Source: an uncultured Dehalococcoidaceae bacterium (GTDB lineage: Bacteria > Chloroflexota > Dehalococcoidia > Dehalococcoidales > RBG-16-60-22). From it: 56,248 bases of DNA. Shown one piece after another: positions 38,240 to 47,810 of this stretch. The position numbers and the translations under genes are program-made. The notes under the pieces are model-generated. The model saw nothing but the letters and a program-made list of their open reading frames with translations. It did no database searches and was not told the origin of the DNA. Numbering within the stretch: position 1 is the first letter of the stretch; each line of letters opens with the position of its first letter. The DNA lies in contig CAYFHI010000002.1 in NCBI GenBank assembly GCA_964342875.1, positions 1 to 56,248 on the forward strand, in the 5' to 3' direction.

Positions 38240-39010
38240 ATGACAGAAAAATCATCTACTAGTAAGAAAAACAAAATTATCAGAATAGATGCTCGAGAAG
38301 TTTCATACCGCGAACTTAATGCTACATTAAGAAAAACGGCAAGAGTTAATGACCACATTGAACTCTATAATGTTTGCGGCCAGAGATACATTGGCACTAA
38401 TCTTAACCGAAAAATTAAGATTAATGTAATCGGTACTCCGGGTAATGGGCTCGGCGCCTTTATGGACGGACCAAATATCAATATTTACGGTAATGCCCAG
38501 GACGGCTGCGGTAATACTATGAACAGCGGAGAAATAGTCATACACGGTCATGCCGGCGACATTATTGGTTTATCAGCCCGTGGAGGTAAAATCTTTGTCC
38601 GAGATGATGTCGGATACCGGGCGGGCATCCATATGAAAGAATACGGGGATAAAAAGCCGGCACTGGTCATTGGTGGTACGGCTCAGAGTTTTCTCGGGGA
38701 ATATATGGCAGGAGGAGTCCTAATATTGCTCGGTTTAACACTCAAGGAAGAGGAGACCCATAAGGCAAGTTTCATCGGTACAGGTATGCATGGAGGTGTT
38801 ATATTTTTAAAGGGAAGTGTCGAAAATCATCAATTAGGTAAGGAAGTGGTTATTGCTGAACTAAATGAAGCGGACCGTATTATTTTAAAGAAACTTGTTA
38901 ACGACTTTTCTGCACATTTTGGGTTTAACGCTGATGAGATACTTAAACACAAATTCATAAAGTTGTACCCGATGGTACTCAGGCCTTACGGCCGACTTTA
39001 TGCTTATTAA
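38240..39010 (+). CDS. glutamate synthase domain 3 (GXGXG-motif beta-helix protein)
   Basis: 256 aa. Repeated G-x-x-G patterns IGTPGNGLGAFM, IYGNAQDGCGNTM, IHGHAGDIIG and GGTAQSFLGEYMAGG. Starts 1 nt after the preceding stop. Confidence 0.85.
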   Translation: MTEKSSTSKKNKIIRIDAREVSYRELNATLRKTARVNDHIELYNVCGQRYIGTNLNRKIKINVIGTPGNGLGAFMDGPNINIYGNAQDGCGNTMNSGEIVIHGHAGDIIGLSARGGKIFVRDDVGYRAGIHMKEYGDKKPALVIGGTAQSFLGEYMAGGVLILLGLTLKEEETHKASFIGTGMHGGVIFLKGSVENHQLGKEVVIAELNEADRIILKKLVNDFSAHFGFNADEILKHKFIKLYPMVLRPYGRLYAY

Positions 39011-39100
39011 AAGATCTTAAAAGCAGTAGGTAAACAATATAATAAAACCAGAAACTAAAATCTTTCAGGTATAAAACATAAGCTAATAAAGGAGAGAATA

Positions 39101-40441
39101 ATGGTAAAAAAAAGCAGGGAAGAAAGCAAGGAACAAGTCATCAAAGTGGTACGGGAACAGAATGTTAAGTTCATTAATTTGTGGTTTACCGACATTCTCG
39201 GTCTGTTAAAAAGTTTTACTATTACCGTGGAAGAACTGGAAGGGGCTATGGAAGACGGGATGGGATTTGATGGCTCATCCATTGAAGGTTTTGCCCGTAT
39301 TGATGAAAGTGATATGGTCGCACTACCTGACCCTGATACTCTTAGATTTGTCGCTTGGCGCCCCAAAGACCATGCTATTGCCAGGATGTTCTGTGATATC
39401 TTGAAGCCAGGTGGGGAACCATTTGAAGGCGACCCGAGATACGTTCTGAAAAGAAACATGAAGCGGGCAGCTGACCTTGGTTATACTTTCTATGTAGGCC
39501 CCGAACTGGAATATTTTTACTTTCAGGATTCTAATGGTACCGAGCCATTAGACAAGGGTGGTTACTTTGATCAAACGCCTCTTGATATGGCTGACGACCT
39601 GCGACGAGAAACAGTGTTGACCCTTCAGGATATGGGTATCGCCGTTGAGTACTCACACCACGAGGTTGCTACGAGCCAGCATGAGATAGACATGAGATAT
39701 ACAGACGCCATGACAATGGCGGATAACGTGATGACCTATCGCCTTATCGTTAAACAAATTGCCCTCCAAAACGGTGTCTATGCTACTTTTATGCCCAAAC
39801 CTATTTTCGGGATCAATGGCTCCGGTATGCACGTTCATCAATCGCTGTTCAAGGGTGACCGTAATGCCTTCTTTGATAAAAATAATGAATTTCATATCTC
39901 TCAGGTAGCAAAATCATATATCGCTGGTTTACTTAAGCACGCACCTGAAATCACATCGATCACAAACCAGTGGATTAATTCTTATAAAAGACTTGTTGCT
40001 GGATATGAAGCTCCGGTATATCTTTCGTGGGCACGGCGAAATCGGTCTGATCTTATTCGAGTTCCAGAATATCGTATCGGGAGAGAGTCTGCAACCAGGG
40101 TGGAATTCAGGTCCCCTGATCCTGCCTGTAATCCTTACCTTACTTTCAGCGTATTGCTAGCTGCTGGACTTGATGGCGTTGAAAAAGAACTTGAAGCCCC
40201 TGAGCCGGTTGAAGAAAATATCTACGTTATGAGTGATGAAGAAAGACAGAATAGAGGAATTGGTATTTTACCGTCGAGTCTTCTGCAAGCGCTTGAGCTA
40301 ACCGAAAAAAGCGAGCTGGTGCGAAATACCCTCGGTGAGCATGTTTTTTCCGCTTTTATACAAAACAAGAAAATAGAATGGGATCAGTATCGTATCCAGA
40401 TAACCGAATATGAGCGTAATAAATATCTGCCCATATTATAA
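39101..40441 (+). CDS. glnA: type I glutamine synthetase (short, GSI-alpha-like)
   Basis: 446 aa. FTDILG, FDGSSIEGF, GPELEYF, NGSGMHVHQSL and the RVPE...ATRVEFRSPD region. AAGGAG RBS and a TATAAT at 39038-39043. Confidence 0.95.
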   Translation: MVKKSREESKEQVIKVVREQNVKFINLWFTDILGLLKSFTITVEELEGAMEDGMGFDGSSIEGFARIDESDMVALPDPDTLRFVAWRPKDHAIARMFCDILKPGGEPFEGDPRYVLKRNMKRAADLGYTFYVGPELEYFYFQDSNGTEPLDKGGYFDQTPLDMADDLRRETVLTLQDMGIAVEYSHHEVATSQHEIDMRYTDAMTMADNVMTYRLIVKQIALQNGVYATFMPKPIFGINGSGMHVHQSLFKGDRNAFFDKNNEFHISQVAKSYIAGLLKHAPEITSITNQWINSYKRLVAGYEAPVYLSWARRNRSDLIRVPEYRIGRESATRVEFRSPDPACNPYLTFSVLLAAGLDGVEKELEAPEPVEENIYVMSDEERQNRGIGILPSSLLQALELTEKSELVRNTLGEHVFSAFIQNKKIEWDQYRIQITEYERNKYLPIL

Positions 40442-40519
40442 ATCCAATGTGATTCATCCTATCTCTAAAGAAGAAACTTTAATAAAGAGTACCCGGGTAA
40501 TATTTAGAAGAAGGTTGTC

Positions 40520-41557
40520 ATGCAGGTAACCAGCTACGATATAGAAAGGAAGATTTTATCCATATTGAGGGTACTGAGTGAATCGCCGGAACCCCTCGGT
40601 TCAATCACTATCGCCCGGGAGCTCGAGCGTTATGGAGTCGTATTAAGCGAGAGAGCCGTCAGGTATCATCTGAGAATAACTGATGAACGGGGCTATACCA
40701 AACCAATGGGTCATGACGGGAGAATGCTCACATCCAGTGGGATTGAAGAACTAAAAATAGCGCTGGCGCCCGATCAGGTAGGATTTGTTCTTGATAAGCT
40801 AGAGACACTGGCTTTTCAAACCAGCTTTAATCCTCATAAAAGAACCGGCAAAATACCCATAAACACTTCTTTAATTGACACTAATAGTTTCAAACAGGCT
40901 CTAATGATAATGGAGGATGTATTTGATGCGGGTATTGGTGTCAGCGAAATGGTGGTAGTCGCTTCAGAAGGAGAAAAACTTGGCTCTGTAGTTATTCCAA
41001 AAGGGAAAACCGGGCTGGCAACCGTATGTAGTGTTGTTACCAACGGAGTCTTGCTGAAAGAAGGCATTCCTATCCAGTCCAGATTTGGTGGTATCTTGGA
41101 AATCAGCAAATCAAAACCAAGAAGATTTACCGCAATAATAAATTATGCAGGCACTTCGCTGGACCCATCCGAACAATATATCCGTGCCAAGATGACCAAT
41201 GTAAGTGGAGCATCGAAAACTGGTAACGGTAAAATATTAGCTAATTTCCGTGAAATACCGGCTCCAGCCAGAGCCATAGCCGCAGAACTGATTGATTTAC
41301 TCAAAGAGGCAGGTATCAACGCGGTTTATGCGATGGGAAATACCAGCGAGCAGATTTGCCAGATACCGATGGGGCTAAACCGGGTAGGTATGGTATTGCT
41401 CGGAGGATTGAATCCGGTAGCCGCTGCTTTTGAATCGGGAATCGAGATTGATAACATAGCGGAAAGCGGTATGGTTGATTATAGTGAATTAACCAAATTT
41501 CGGCAAATAAGCAAGAATAAAAACATAAACATCCCCTGGCTTTCGGCTTCAGTGTAA
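40520..41557 (+). CDS. nrpR: NrpR-type nitrogen regulatory repressor (wHTH plus one NrpR/DUF128 domain)
   Basis: 345 aa. ERKILSILRVLSES..PLGSITIARELERYGVVLSERAVRYHLRITDERGYT...GRMLTSSGIEEL matches the NrpR N-terminus as I recall it from methanogens. The length fits a single regulatory domain. Confidence 0.75.
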   Translation: MQVTSYDIERKILSILRVLSESPEPLGSITIARELERYGVVLSERAVRYHLRITDERGYTKPMGHDGRMLTSSGIEELKIALAPDQVGFVLDKLETLAFQTSFNPHKRTGKIPINTSLIDTNSFKQALMIMEDVFDAGIGVSEMVVVASEGEKLGSVVIPKGKTGLATVCSVVTNGVLLKEGIPIQSRFGGILEISKSKPRRFTAIINYAGTSLDPSEQYIRAKMTNVSGASKTGNGKILANFREIPAPARAIAAELIDLLKEAGINAVYAMGNTSEQICQIPMGLNRVGMVLLGGLNPVAAAFESGIEIDNIAESGMVDYSELTKFRQISKNKNINIPWLSASV

Positions 41558-41828
41558 CATCTATTTCGATTTCCTGAAATATTTATTTTGTATTTTCGAT
41601 ATAATCCCTCAATAACCACAGTTTATATCCAGTTGCAACATTATTCCAGTGCTGACCTATGTCCGAAGACTCTAAGTATGTCATTAGACGAGGTAATTAA
41701 ACGTGAAACTACCTTTTACAACGGTGATTAGCTGTCTCTTTTTGTGAAATCTGGTCAAACGGTGGAAAACATCCTATAATCAATTATATAGACCATCCTA
41801 TGATTACGTTTGGCAGAGGAGATATTGA

Positions 41829-43331
41829 ATGAAAATCAAGGTTGTCGCCAGTAATATCGTCAGAGTTAAAGCCGATGCAATAATCGCGAATTATTTTGAG
41901 GGAACGAAAGGACTTGACGGCGATTTAGCGACATTGGATAAGGCTCTGGCGGGTACCATTTCACAGTTAGTGAACCAGGGTGACATCAAGGGTAAACCTA
42001 AAGAAATAAACCTTATTCACAGCCTAGGTAAATTACCGTCGAAACGGATAGTTATTGTCGGCATGGGTAAAAAGAAGGATTTAACCTCAGACAAAATACG
42101 TGGAGCTGTCGCGGAGACATGCAGATGGCTGCGCCAGAGAGGCATACATAACATCGCCACTGTAGCTCAAGGAGCCGGTATCAATGGCATAAATCCGGAA
42201 ACTGCCGCACAGGTCATAACCGAGGGCGCCATACTTGGGCTCTATACATTTTGCAAGCACATTACTAGGAAAGATGACGTATCGAAAGAAATAAAGCAAA
42301 TTATTATTCTTGGCAATAAAGTTACAAAACCGCTTCTGGAACAAGGCTTCCAGAAAGGTGATATACTGTCTGAAGCGGCCAACCTGGCGCGAGACATGAT
42401 TAATGAACCCGGTAACTATATGACACCCGGCAATATGGCGGAAACGGCATTAAATCTGGCAGAGAGGTACGGACTAGAAGCTATTATCCTAGAGAGCGAA
42501 CAGATGGCAAAAATGGGAATGAGATTATTATTAGGTGTTGCCAGTGGGAGCCGTCAGCCACCGAAATTTATTATCCTCCAATACAAAGGAAATAACTCAG
42601 GGAAAGTTGATGTTGCCCTAGTTGGTAAAGGTATAACCTTTGATTCCGGTGGAATATCCATCAAGCCTTCCAGCGGGATGGCTGAGATGAAGGGAGATAT
42701 GGCTGGTGGAGCATCAGTTATGGCGACCGTAAGTGCTATTGCCCGCCTCAAGTTAAAGCTTAATGTTACTGCCGTTATCCCTGCTACGGAAAACATGCCG
42801 GGAGGGAGTGCTCTCAAACCGGGTGACATTCTCACCGCAATGAACGGTAAAACCATTGAGATACTTAACACAGATGCCGAAGGTAGACTCATCCTGGCTG
42901 ATGCTTTAAGCTACATAAAGAATAATCTTGACGCTAAGTTTATCATTGATGTGGCAACCCTTACAGGATCCTGTAGAGCGGCGCTCGGTGACCTATGTAC
43001 CGGCGCCTTCGGTAATAATCAAAGACTGTTGAGCAAAGTAATCGCCGCCGGGAATGAAGCCGGGGAACTTATCTGGCAGATGCCGATGTTTGATGAATAT
43101 AGAGAACAAATTAAAAGCGAAATGGCAGATATTAAGAACATTGGTGGCAGATACGGCGGGGCAATCACCGCCGCTAAATTCCTGGAGGAGTTTATAAACA
43201 AGACTCCATGGGTTCATCTTGATATCGCCGGCACCAGTGAAAACGATAAGGAACGCTCCTATCTGGTTAAAGGAGCTACCGGAGTGCCGGTGCGTACTCT
43301 TATTAACTTTGTCCTTACTCTAGCTAAATAA
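41829..43331 (+). CDS. pepA: leucyl aminopeptidase (M17)
   Basis: 500 aa. VGKGITFDSGGISIKP, NTDAEGRL and DIAG motifs. Confidence 0.9.
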   Translation: MKIKVVASNIVRVKADAIIANYFEGTKGLDGDLATLDKALAGTISQLVNQGDIKGKPKEINLIHSLGKLPSKRIVIVGMGKKKDLTSDKIRGAVAETCRWLRQRGIHNIATVAQGAGINGINPETAAQVITEGAILGLYTFCKHITRKDDVSKEIKQIIILGNKVTKPLLEQGFQKGDILSEAANLARDMINEPGNYMTPGNMAETALNLAERYGLEAIILESEQMAKMGMRLLLGVASGSRQPPKFIILQYKGNNSGKVDVALVGKGITFDSGGISIKPSSGMAEMKGDMAGGASVMATVSAIARLKLKLNVTAVIPATENMPGGSALKPGDILTAMNGKTIEILNTDAEGRLILADALSYIKNNLDAKFIIDVATLTGSCRAALGDLCTGAFGNNQRLLSKVIAAGNEAGELIWQMPMFDEYREQIKSEMADIKNIGGRYGGAITAAKFLEEFINKTPWVHLDIAGTSENDKERSYLVKGATGVPVRTLINFVLTLAK

Positions 43332-43361
43332 AACAAGGTTATAAATGGAGGTGGGAACGAG

Positions 43362-44003
43362 ATGAAGATAAAATGGTTGGGACATTCATCATTTATGATT
43401 ACATCTGATGCCGGTACCAAGATAATCACCGATCCCTATGCTCCCACTGATAAACTTCGGTATGGAAAGATAAAAGAATCGGCGGATATCATCACCATCA
43501 GTCATGAGCACCCCGACCATAATAATACCGATCCGATTCTGGGCAATCCCTCGATACTCAGGCAGAGCGCTGAAGTTAAAGGCATTAATTTCAAAGCTAT
43601 CCTAGCGTACCATGATAATGATTCTGGGACAAAGAAAGGCAGCAGTACCATATTCTGGTTTGAGGTGGACAGGGTTAAAATCTGCCACCTTGGCGACATC
43701 GGTCACCTGCTCAGCGATAAACAATTAATGGAACTGGATAAAGTAGATCTTCTGTTGATTCCGGTTGGAGGATACTATACTATCGACGCTGAAGTCGCCA
43801 GTAAGATATGTGACCAGATTAAGCCCGGAGTGATTATCCCGATGCACTTCCTGGACAGCAGAAGTGACTTACCGATATCCGGGGTGGATGGGTTCCTTCA
43901 GGGAAAGAATAATGTAAACCGATTAAATAGTAGTGAACTAAAGCTTAAAATTGAAGAAATACCCATCCGCACACAAATTATGGTACTGACACCAGCTCTA
44001 TAA
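43362..44003 (+). CDS. MBL-fold metallo-hydrolase (UPF0173-like)
   Basis: 213 aa. KWLGHSSFMI and ISHEHPDHNN. GGAGGTG RBS. Confidence 0.85.
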   Translation: MKIKWLGHSSFMITSDAGTKIITDPYAPTDKLRYGKIKESADIITISHEHPDHNNTDPILGNPSILRQSAEVKGINFKAILAYHDNDSGTKKGSSTIFWFEVDRVKICHLGDIGHLLSDKQLMELDKVDLLLIPVGGYYTIDAEVASKICDQIKPGVIIPMHFLDSRSDLPISGVDGFLQGKNNVNRLNSSELKLKIEEIPIRTQIMVLTPAL

Positions 44004-44112
44004 ACTAAATTACCCAGATTATTCCTCCTTCGCGATCTGACCTCTTCCTCAGGTATTGACTGCCGTGGTAAAATGATAGTATGGGGGTGAGGTTAAAAAC
44101 CCATAACATAGT

Positions 44113-44718
44113 TTGGATACTTGTAGTATTATTCTCGCCGGTGGCAAAAGCTTACGCTTGGGCCATGATAAGGTTTTTGAAACTGTTGGCAATGCAAGCT
44201 TGCTACAACAGGTGATATCCAGAATAAGTCCGGTCTGTCGAAATATTATTGTTGTTATCTCCGGAGAGCGTAGCTTTCCTCAGTTAAGTCGCTATTCTAA
44301 TTGCAGAACAGTAACTGATGTTTTCCCCGGGAAAGGGCCTCTGGGTGGTATTTACACCGGCTTAGTCGCATCGGACTCAACTGTTAACCTTGTCGTTGCC
44401 TGTGATATGCCTTTCTTAAACCAAAAATTGCTACGCTATTTAATAAAGCTTTCCACCAAATATGACCTAGTAGTGCCGCAGATAAATGGCTATTCAGAGC
44501 CTCTTCATGCTGTATATAAAAAGAGCTGTATCGCACCTATAGAAAAATTGATTAAGCAAGAGAATTTGAGAATCTACGATTTTTATAATTCAGTTAAGAT
44601 ACGGTACGTAAGTGATAGGGAGATTGATAAATTTGACCCTGGGCATCAGAGCTTTTTTAATATCAATACAACCGCGGACCTGAAATTAGCACGAAAAATA
44701 GCTAAAGGGAACAATTAA
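44113..44718 (+). CDS. mobA: molybdenum cofactor guanylyltransferase
   Basis: 201 aa. IILAGGKSLRLG, PGKGPLGGI and ACDMPF. TTG start with a weak RBS. Confidence 0.85.
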   Translation: MDTCSIILAGGKSLRLGHDKVFETVGNASLLQQVISRISPVCRNIIVVISGERSFPQLSRYSNCRTVTDVFPGKGPLGGIYTGLVASDSTVNLVVACDMPFLNQKLLRYLIKLSTKYDLVVPQINGYSEPLHAVYKKSCIAPIEKLIKQENLRIYDFYNSVKIRYVSDREIDKFDPGHQSFFNINTTADLKLARKIAKGNN

Positions 44719-44720
44719 CC

Positions 44721-46001
44721 ATGATAAGTGTTGAACAGGCTTTGGAGAAAATCCTCAATCTTGTTAATATCCTAGATGAGGAAACGGTACCAATCCTGGA
44801 ATCCACGGAACAGGTTCTGGCTGAGGACATTAAGTCTGATATTGACGTTCCTCCATTGGATAATTCCGCCATGGACGGTTTTGCTGTTCAATCAAGAGAT
44901 ACCGAGGGCGCCAGTAAAGATTCACCACGTTTTTTAGATGTTATTGACACCGTCAACGCCGGCGCTATCTCAAAACGCAAAGTAGAGTCGGGTACCGCTA
45001 TCCGTATTATGACCGGTGCGCCAGTACCTGAAGGTGCCGATAGTGTCATTATGTTTGAGGAAACTAACGAATATCAACGAAAAAATACTCCTGATACCAA
45101 AACTGTTACCAGAGTAGGTATCCTATGCGAGGTAGGACCAGGATTGAATATTCGTCGTGCCGGAGAGAGCATTGCACGGGGCGTTACCGTGTTAAAACGG
45201 GGAATGATAATCAGGCCATCAGAAGTCGGCGTGCTGGCTTCGGTAGGCCGTAGCGAGGTCACCATAATACGGAGACCAGTAGTAGCTATTTTAGCCACCG
45301 GAAATGAACTGGTGGATATTGACCAACCATTACCCGCTGGCAAGATATATGATAGCAATACCTATACAACAGCAGCTATGGTCAAGCGTTCCGGAGGTAT
45401 TCCCAGAATATTGGGGATTGCCCTTGATAAAGAGGATTCGGTATTAACCAAGCTAGGTCAAGCACTAGACGCAGATATGCTGATAACCACTGGGGGAGTT
45501 TCAGCCGGTGATTATGATATTGTAAAGGATGTTTTAGCCAGGGAAGGCGAACTTTATTTCTCGAAGGTTAAAATGAAGCCGGGGAAACCTTTGGCTTTTG
45601 GCGTCTTTAAAGGAGTCGGCAAGGCAGGTGAAGTCAGAAAGATACTGCAGCTCGGTTTGCCTGGCAATCCGGTTAGCTCTATGGTGACCTTCGAGTTATT
45701 TGCCCGTCCCGCTATTCTCAAGATGATGGGGAAAAAGAATTTTAATAGGCCGACGATAGAAGCAGTATCGGAGGATTCTATTGAAAATACGGATGGACGC
45801 CGCATCTATACGAGGGTTATAGTGGAAAAACGCGATGAGAAATACTTTGCTAAATTAACTGGCCCTCAGGGCTCTGGAATATTAACCTCAATGAGCCTGG
45901 CTAAAGGACTGGCTATTGTTCCCGAAGATACGGCCAGAGTAAATAAAGGAGATTACTGTCAAGTTATTATGCTGGATTGGAACGAAGATATGACTGACTA
46001 A
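44721..46001 (+). CDS. moeA: molybdopterin molybdotransferase
   Basis: 426 aa. PLDNSAMDGFAV, RIMTGAPVPEGAD, TGGVSAGDYD and KPGKP. Confidence 0.9.
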   Translation: MISVEQALEKILNLVNILDEETVPILESTEQVLAEDIKSDIDVPPLDNSAMDGFAVQSRDTEGASKDSPRFLDVIDTVNAGAISKRKVESGTAIRIMTGAPVPEGADSVIMFEETNEYQRKNTPDTKTVTRVGILCEVGPGLNIRRAGESIARGVTVLKRGMIIRPSEVGVLASVGRSEVTIIRRPVVAILATGNELVDIDQPLPAGKIYDSNTYTTAAMVKRSGGIPRILGIALDKEDSVLTKLGQALDADMLITTGGVSAGDYDIVKDVLAREGELYFSKVKMKPGKPLAFGVFKGVGKAGEVRKILQLGLPGNPVSSMVTFELFARPAILKMMGKKNFNRPTIEAVSEDSIENTDGRRIYTRVIVEKRDEKYFAKLTGPQGSGILTSMSLAKGLAIVPEDTARVNKGDYCQVIMLDWNEDMTD

Positions 46002-46014
46002 TAAGCTCTGGTGA

Positions 46015-46677
46015 ATGAGATTAAAAATGCATCCTATTATTTCTATTGTGGGTAAATCAGATTCCGGTAAGACCACTTTACTTGAAAAGTTAATTACGGA
46101 GTTAAAACGACGGGATTACCGGGTAGCGGTTATCAAGCACTCTAATGAGGATTATGAACTCGATACGGCTAAGAAGGATAGCTGGCGATTAAATCAGGCT
46201 GGTAGTGATATTACCGCTATCTGTTTAGCGCATAAGATAGCCATCTTTAAACCACTGGAAGATGATTTTAGTCCTGAAGACTTTTCTCATTATATTTGCT
46301 GGGATTATGATATCATCCTGACCGAAGGATTCAAGCGGAACAGCTATCCTAAAATTGAAGTACATAGGGCTGAACAAGGAGATGATCTGCTCAGTCCGCT
46401 TGAACAATTGTTGGCTGTTGTCACTGATGTACCGATAGAAGTAAACGTGCCACAGTTTTCCAGAGATGATACGCTGGAGATTATTAACTTAATTGAAAAT
46501 AATATAATTTCTCAAAACAAAAACGACACCGTTGATCTTATGGTTAATGAAAAGCCAATATCAGTGAGGCGGCCTGTCCGGAATCTACTAACGAGGACAA
46601 TAATTGCTATGTCAGTAGGTTTGAATGTTACCAGCAAGGTGAAGAGTTTACGATTCTCTTTACGGAGGAAGAATTGA
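46015..46677 (+). CDS. mobB: molybdopterin-guanine dinucleotide biosynthesis protein B with ~55-aa C-terminal extension
   Basis: IISIVGKSDSGKTTLLEKL P-loop and VIKHS. The ATG at 46027 is an alternative start. The C-terminal tail VDLMVNEKPISVRRPVRNLLTRTIIAMSVGL lies beyond the usual MobB core. Confidence 0.85.
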   Translation: MRLKMHPIISIVGKSDSGKTTLLEKLITELKRRDYRVAVIKHSNEDYELDTAKKDSWRLNQAGSDITAICLAHKIAIFKPLEDDFSPEDFSHYICWDYDIILTEGFKRNSYPKIEVHRAEQGDDLLSPLEQLLAVVTDVPIEVNVPQFSRDDTLEIINLIENNIISQNKNDTVDLMVNEKPISVRRPVRNLLTRTIIAMSVGLNVTSKVKSLRFSLRRKN

Positions 46678-47408
46678 TAACAGAAGCTTCTGAATTTATA
46701 TTTACACCTCCGCCGATGATATCCCGGGTAAGACGCGTTTTGATAAAACCCAGCGCTTCTTACTCGGCATCATATCCGGCAACTACCAGCTATAATATGC
46801 TTTCGGCAATAATCACCGGTATCAGGCAAATAAGTGATGCCGACATTCTCCTGCTAGAAGGCACTCCCGAGGGAAAACCCGTCTATCCAATATATCAGAC
46901 CCTTGGTTATAATTTTCCGCGGGTATTAACGCTGGATGTAAAAGATTGCGTCCTCGTGGAAGTAGATAATCCACTACCAAAACCCTTTGCTATACCTACA
47001 TTTTGGGTGCCTAATATTATTTTATCAAGTGATTATCTGATATCCGTAGCTCCTTTAAAGACCTCTAACTCTAGGGCTAACCTGAGTATTATGAATCTAC
47101 TTACTTTACTGCCAAACAGTAAGTATGGCGGCGAGACCACAGGCGGCTGGCAGGCTTTATATAGACTGGGAATAGATCGGGTATTAGCTGACCTCTATTT
47201 TACTCTTCCCTTTGACCTAGGCATTATCGAAGCTAAACAAATGCTCATAGCATCAGAGGGCTATACTCAAGGAGAAGCTAGAAATTACGATAAGATATTT
47301 ATTGGTGAGCCCTACGAAGTAGACCGGGAGGTATCCATACAATTAGGGTTAAAAAACGAATATCTTAACCTGATTAGATTAGCCAAAGTGGATCTTGAGA
47401 CTCCATAA
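46674..47408 (+). CDS. DUF362-domain protein (short, no ferredoxin domain)
   Basis: RRVLIKPSAS...TTSYNMLSAII, SDYLISVAPLKTS and VLADLY...LGIIEAKQ fit my recollection of the DUF362 profile. The TTG start overlaps the mobB TGA (TTGA); the ATG at 46716 is an alternative. Confidence 0.55.
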   Translation: MITEASEFIFTPPPMISRVRRVLIKPSASYSASYPATTSYNMLSAIITGIRQISDADILLLEGTPEGKPVYPIYQTLGYNFPRVLTLDVKDCVLVEVDNPLPKPFAIPTFWVPNIILSSDYLISVAPLKTSNSRANLSIMNLLTLLPNSKYGGETTGGWQALYRLGIDRVLADLYFTLPFDLGIIEAKQMLIASEGYTQGEARNYDKIFIGEPYEVDREVSIQLGLKNEYLNLIRLAKVDLETP

Positions 47409-47484
47409 TAATTAAGCGGGTTTATAAGCATACAAAAGGACCGATTTTACTGACTGCGAGAATCCAATAATTCATAAGCCTGGA

Positions 47485-47742
47485 CTAATGCATGACGCTA
47501 AAACCATTATAATCACTGGTATATTCCGACCAACCGATTATAAAATTTTCCACATTTAAGACTGGTGGGCCCGCTTTCGAGTGTGTTATCAACTCCTCTA
47601 ATAGCTTTCGTTCCCCTTCTACCTGTACCTCTACAAAACCTTCGAACATGTTACGCGCATAACCGGTAAGACCCGATGCCCTGGCCCGCGTTTGAACAAA
47701 ACCTCTGAAGAATGCTCCCTGAACCCGTCCGAAATCAATCAC
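47485..47742 (-). CDS. acyP: acylphosphatase
   Basis: 85 aa. GRVQGAFFRGFV (VQGVxFR motif) and GYARN. GTG start with a short N-terminus. Confidence 0.8.
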   Translation of the reverse strand: MIDFGRVQGAFFRGFVQTRARASGLTGYARNMFEGFVEVQVEGERKLLEELITHSKAGPPVLNVENFIIGWSEYTSDYNGFSVMH

Positions 47743-47810
47743 CTTAAGCTAGATTTTATCGGTCTTGGATAAAATTCCTTGACTAGCAACTATTTTTACC
47801 CCTCTTCCTC

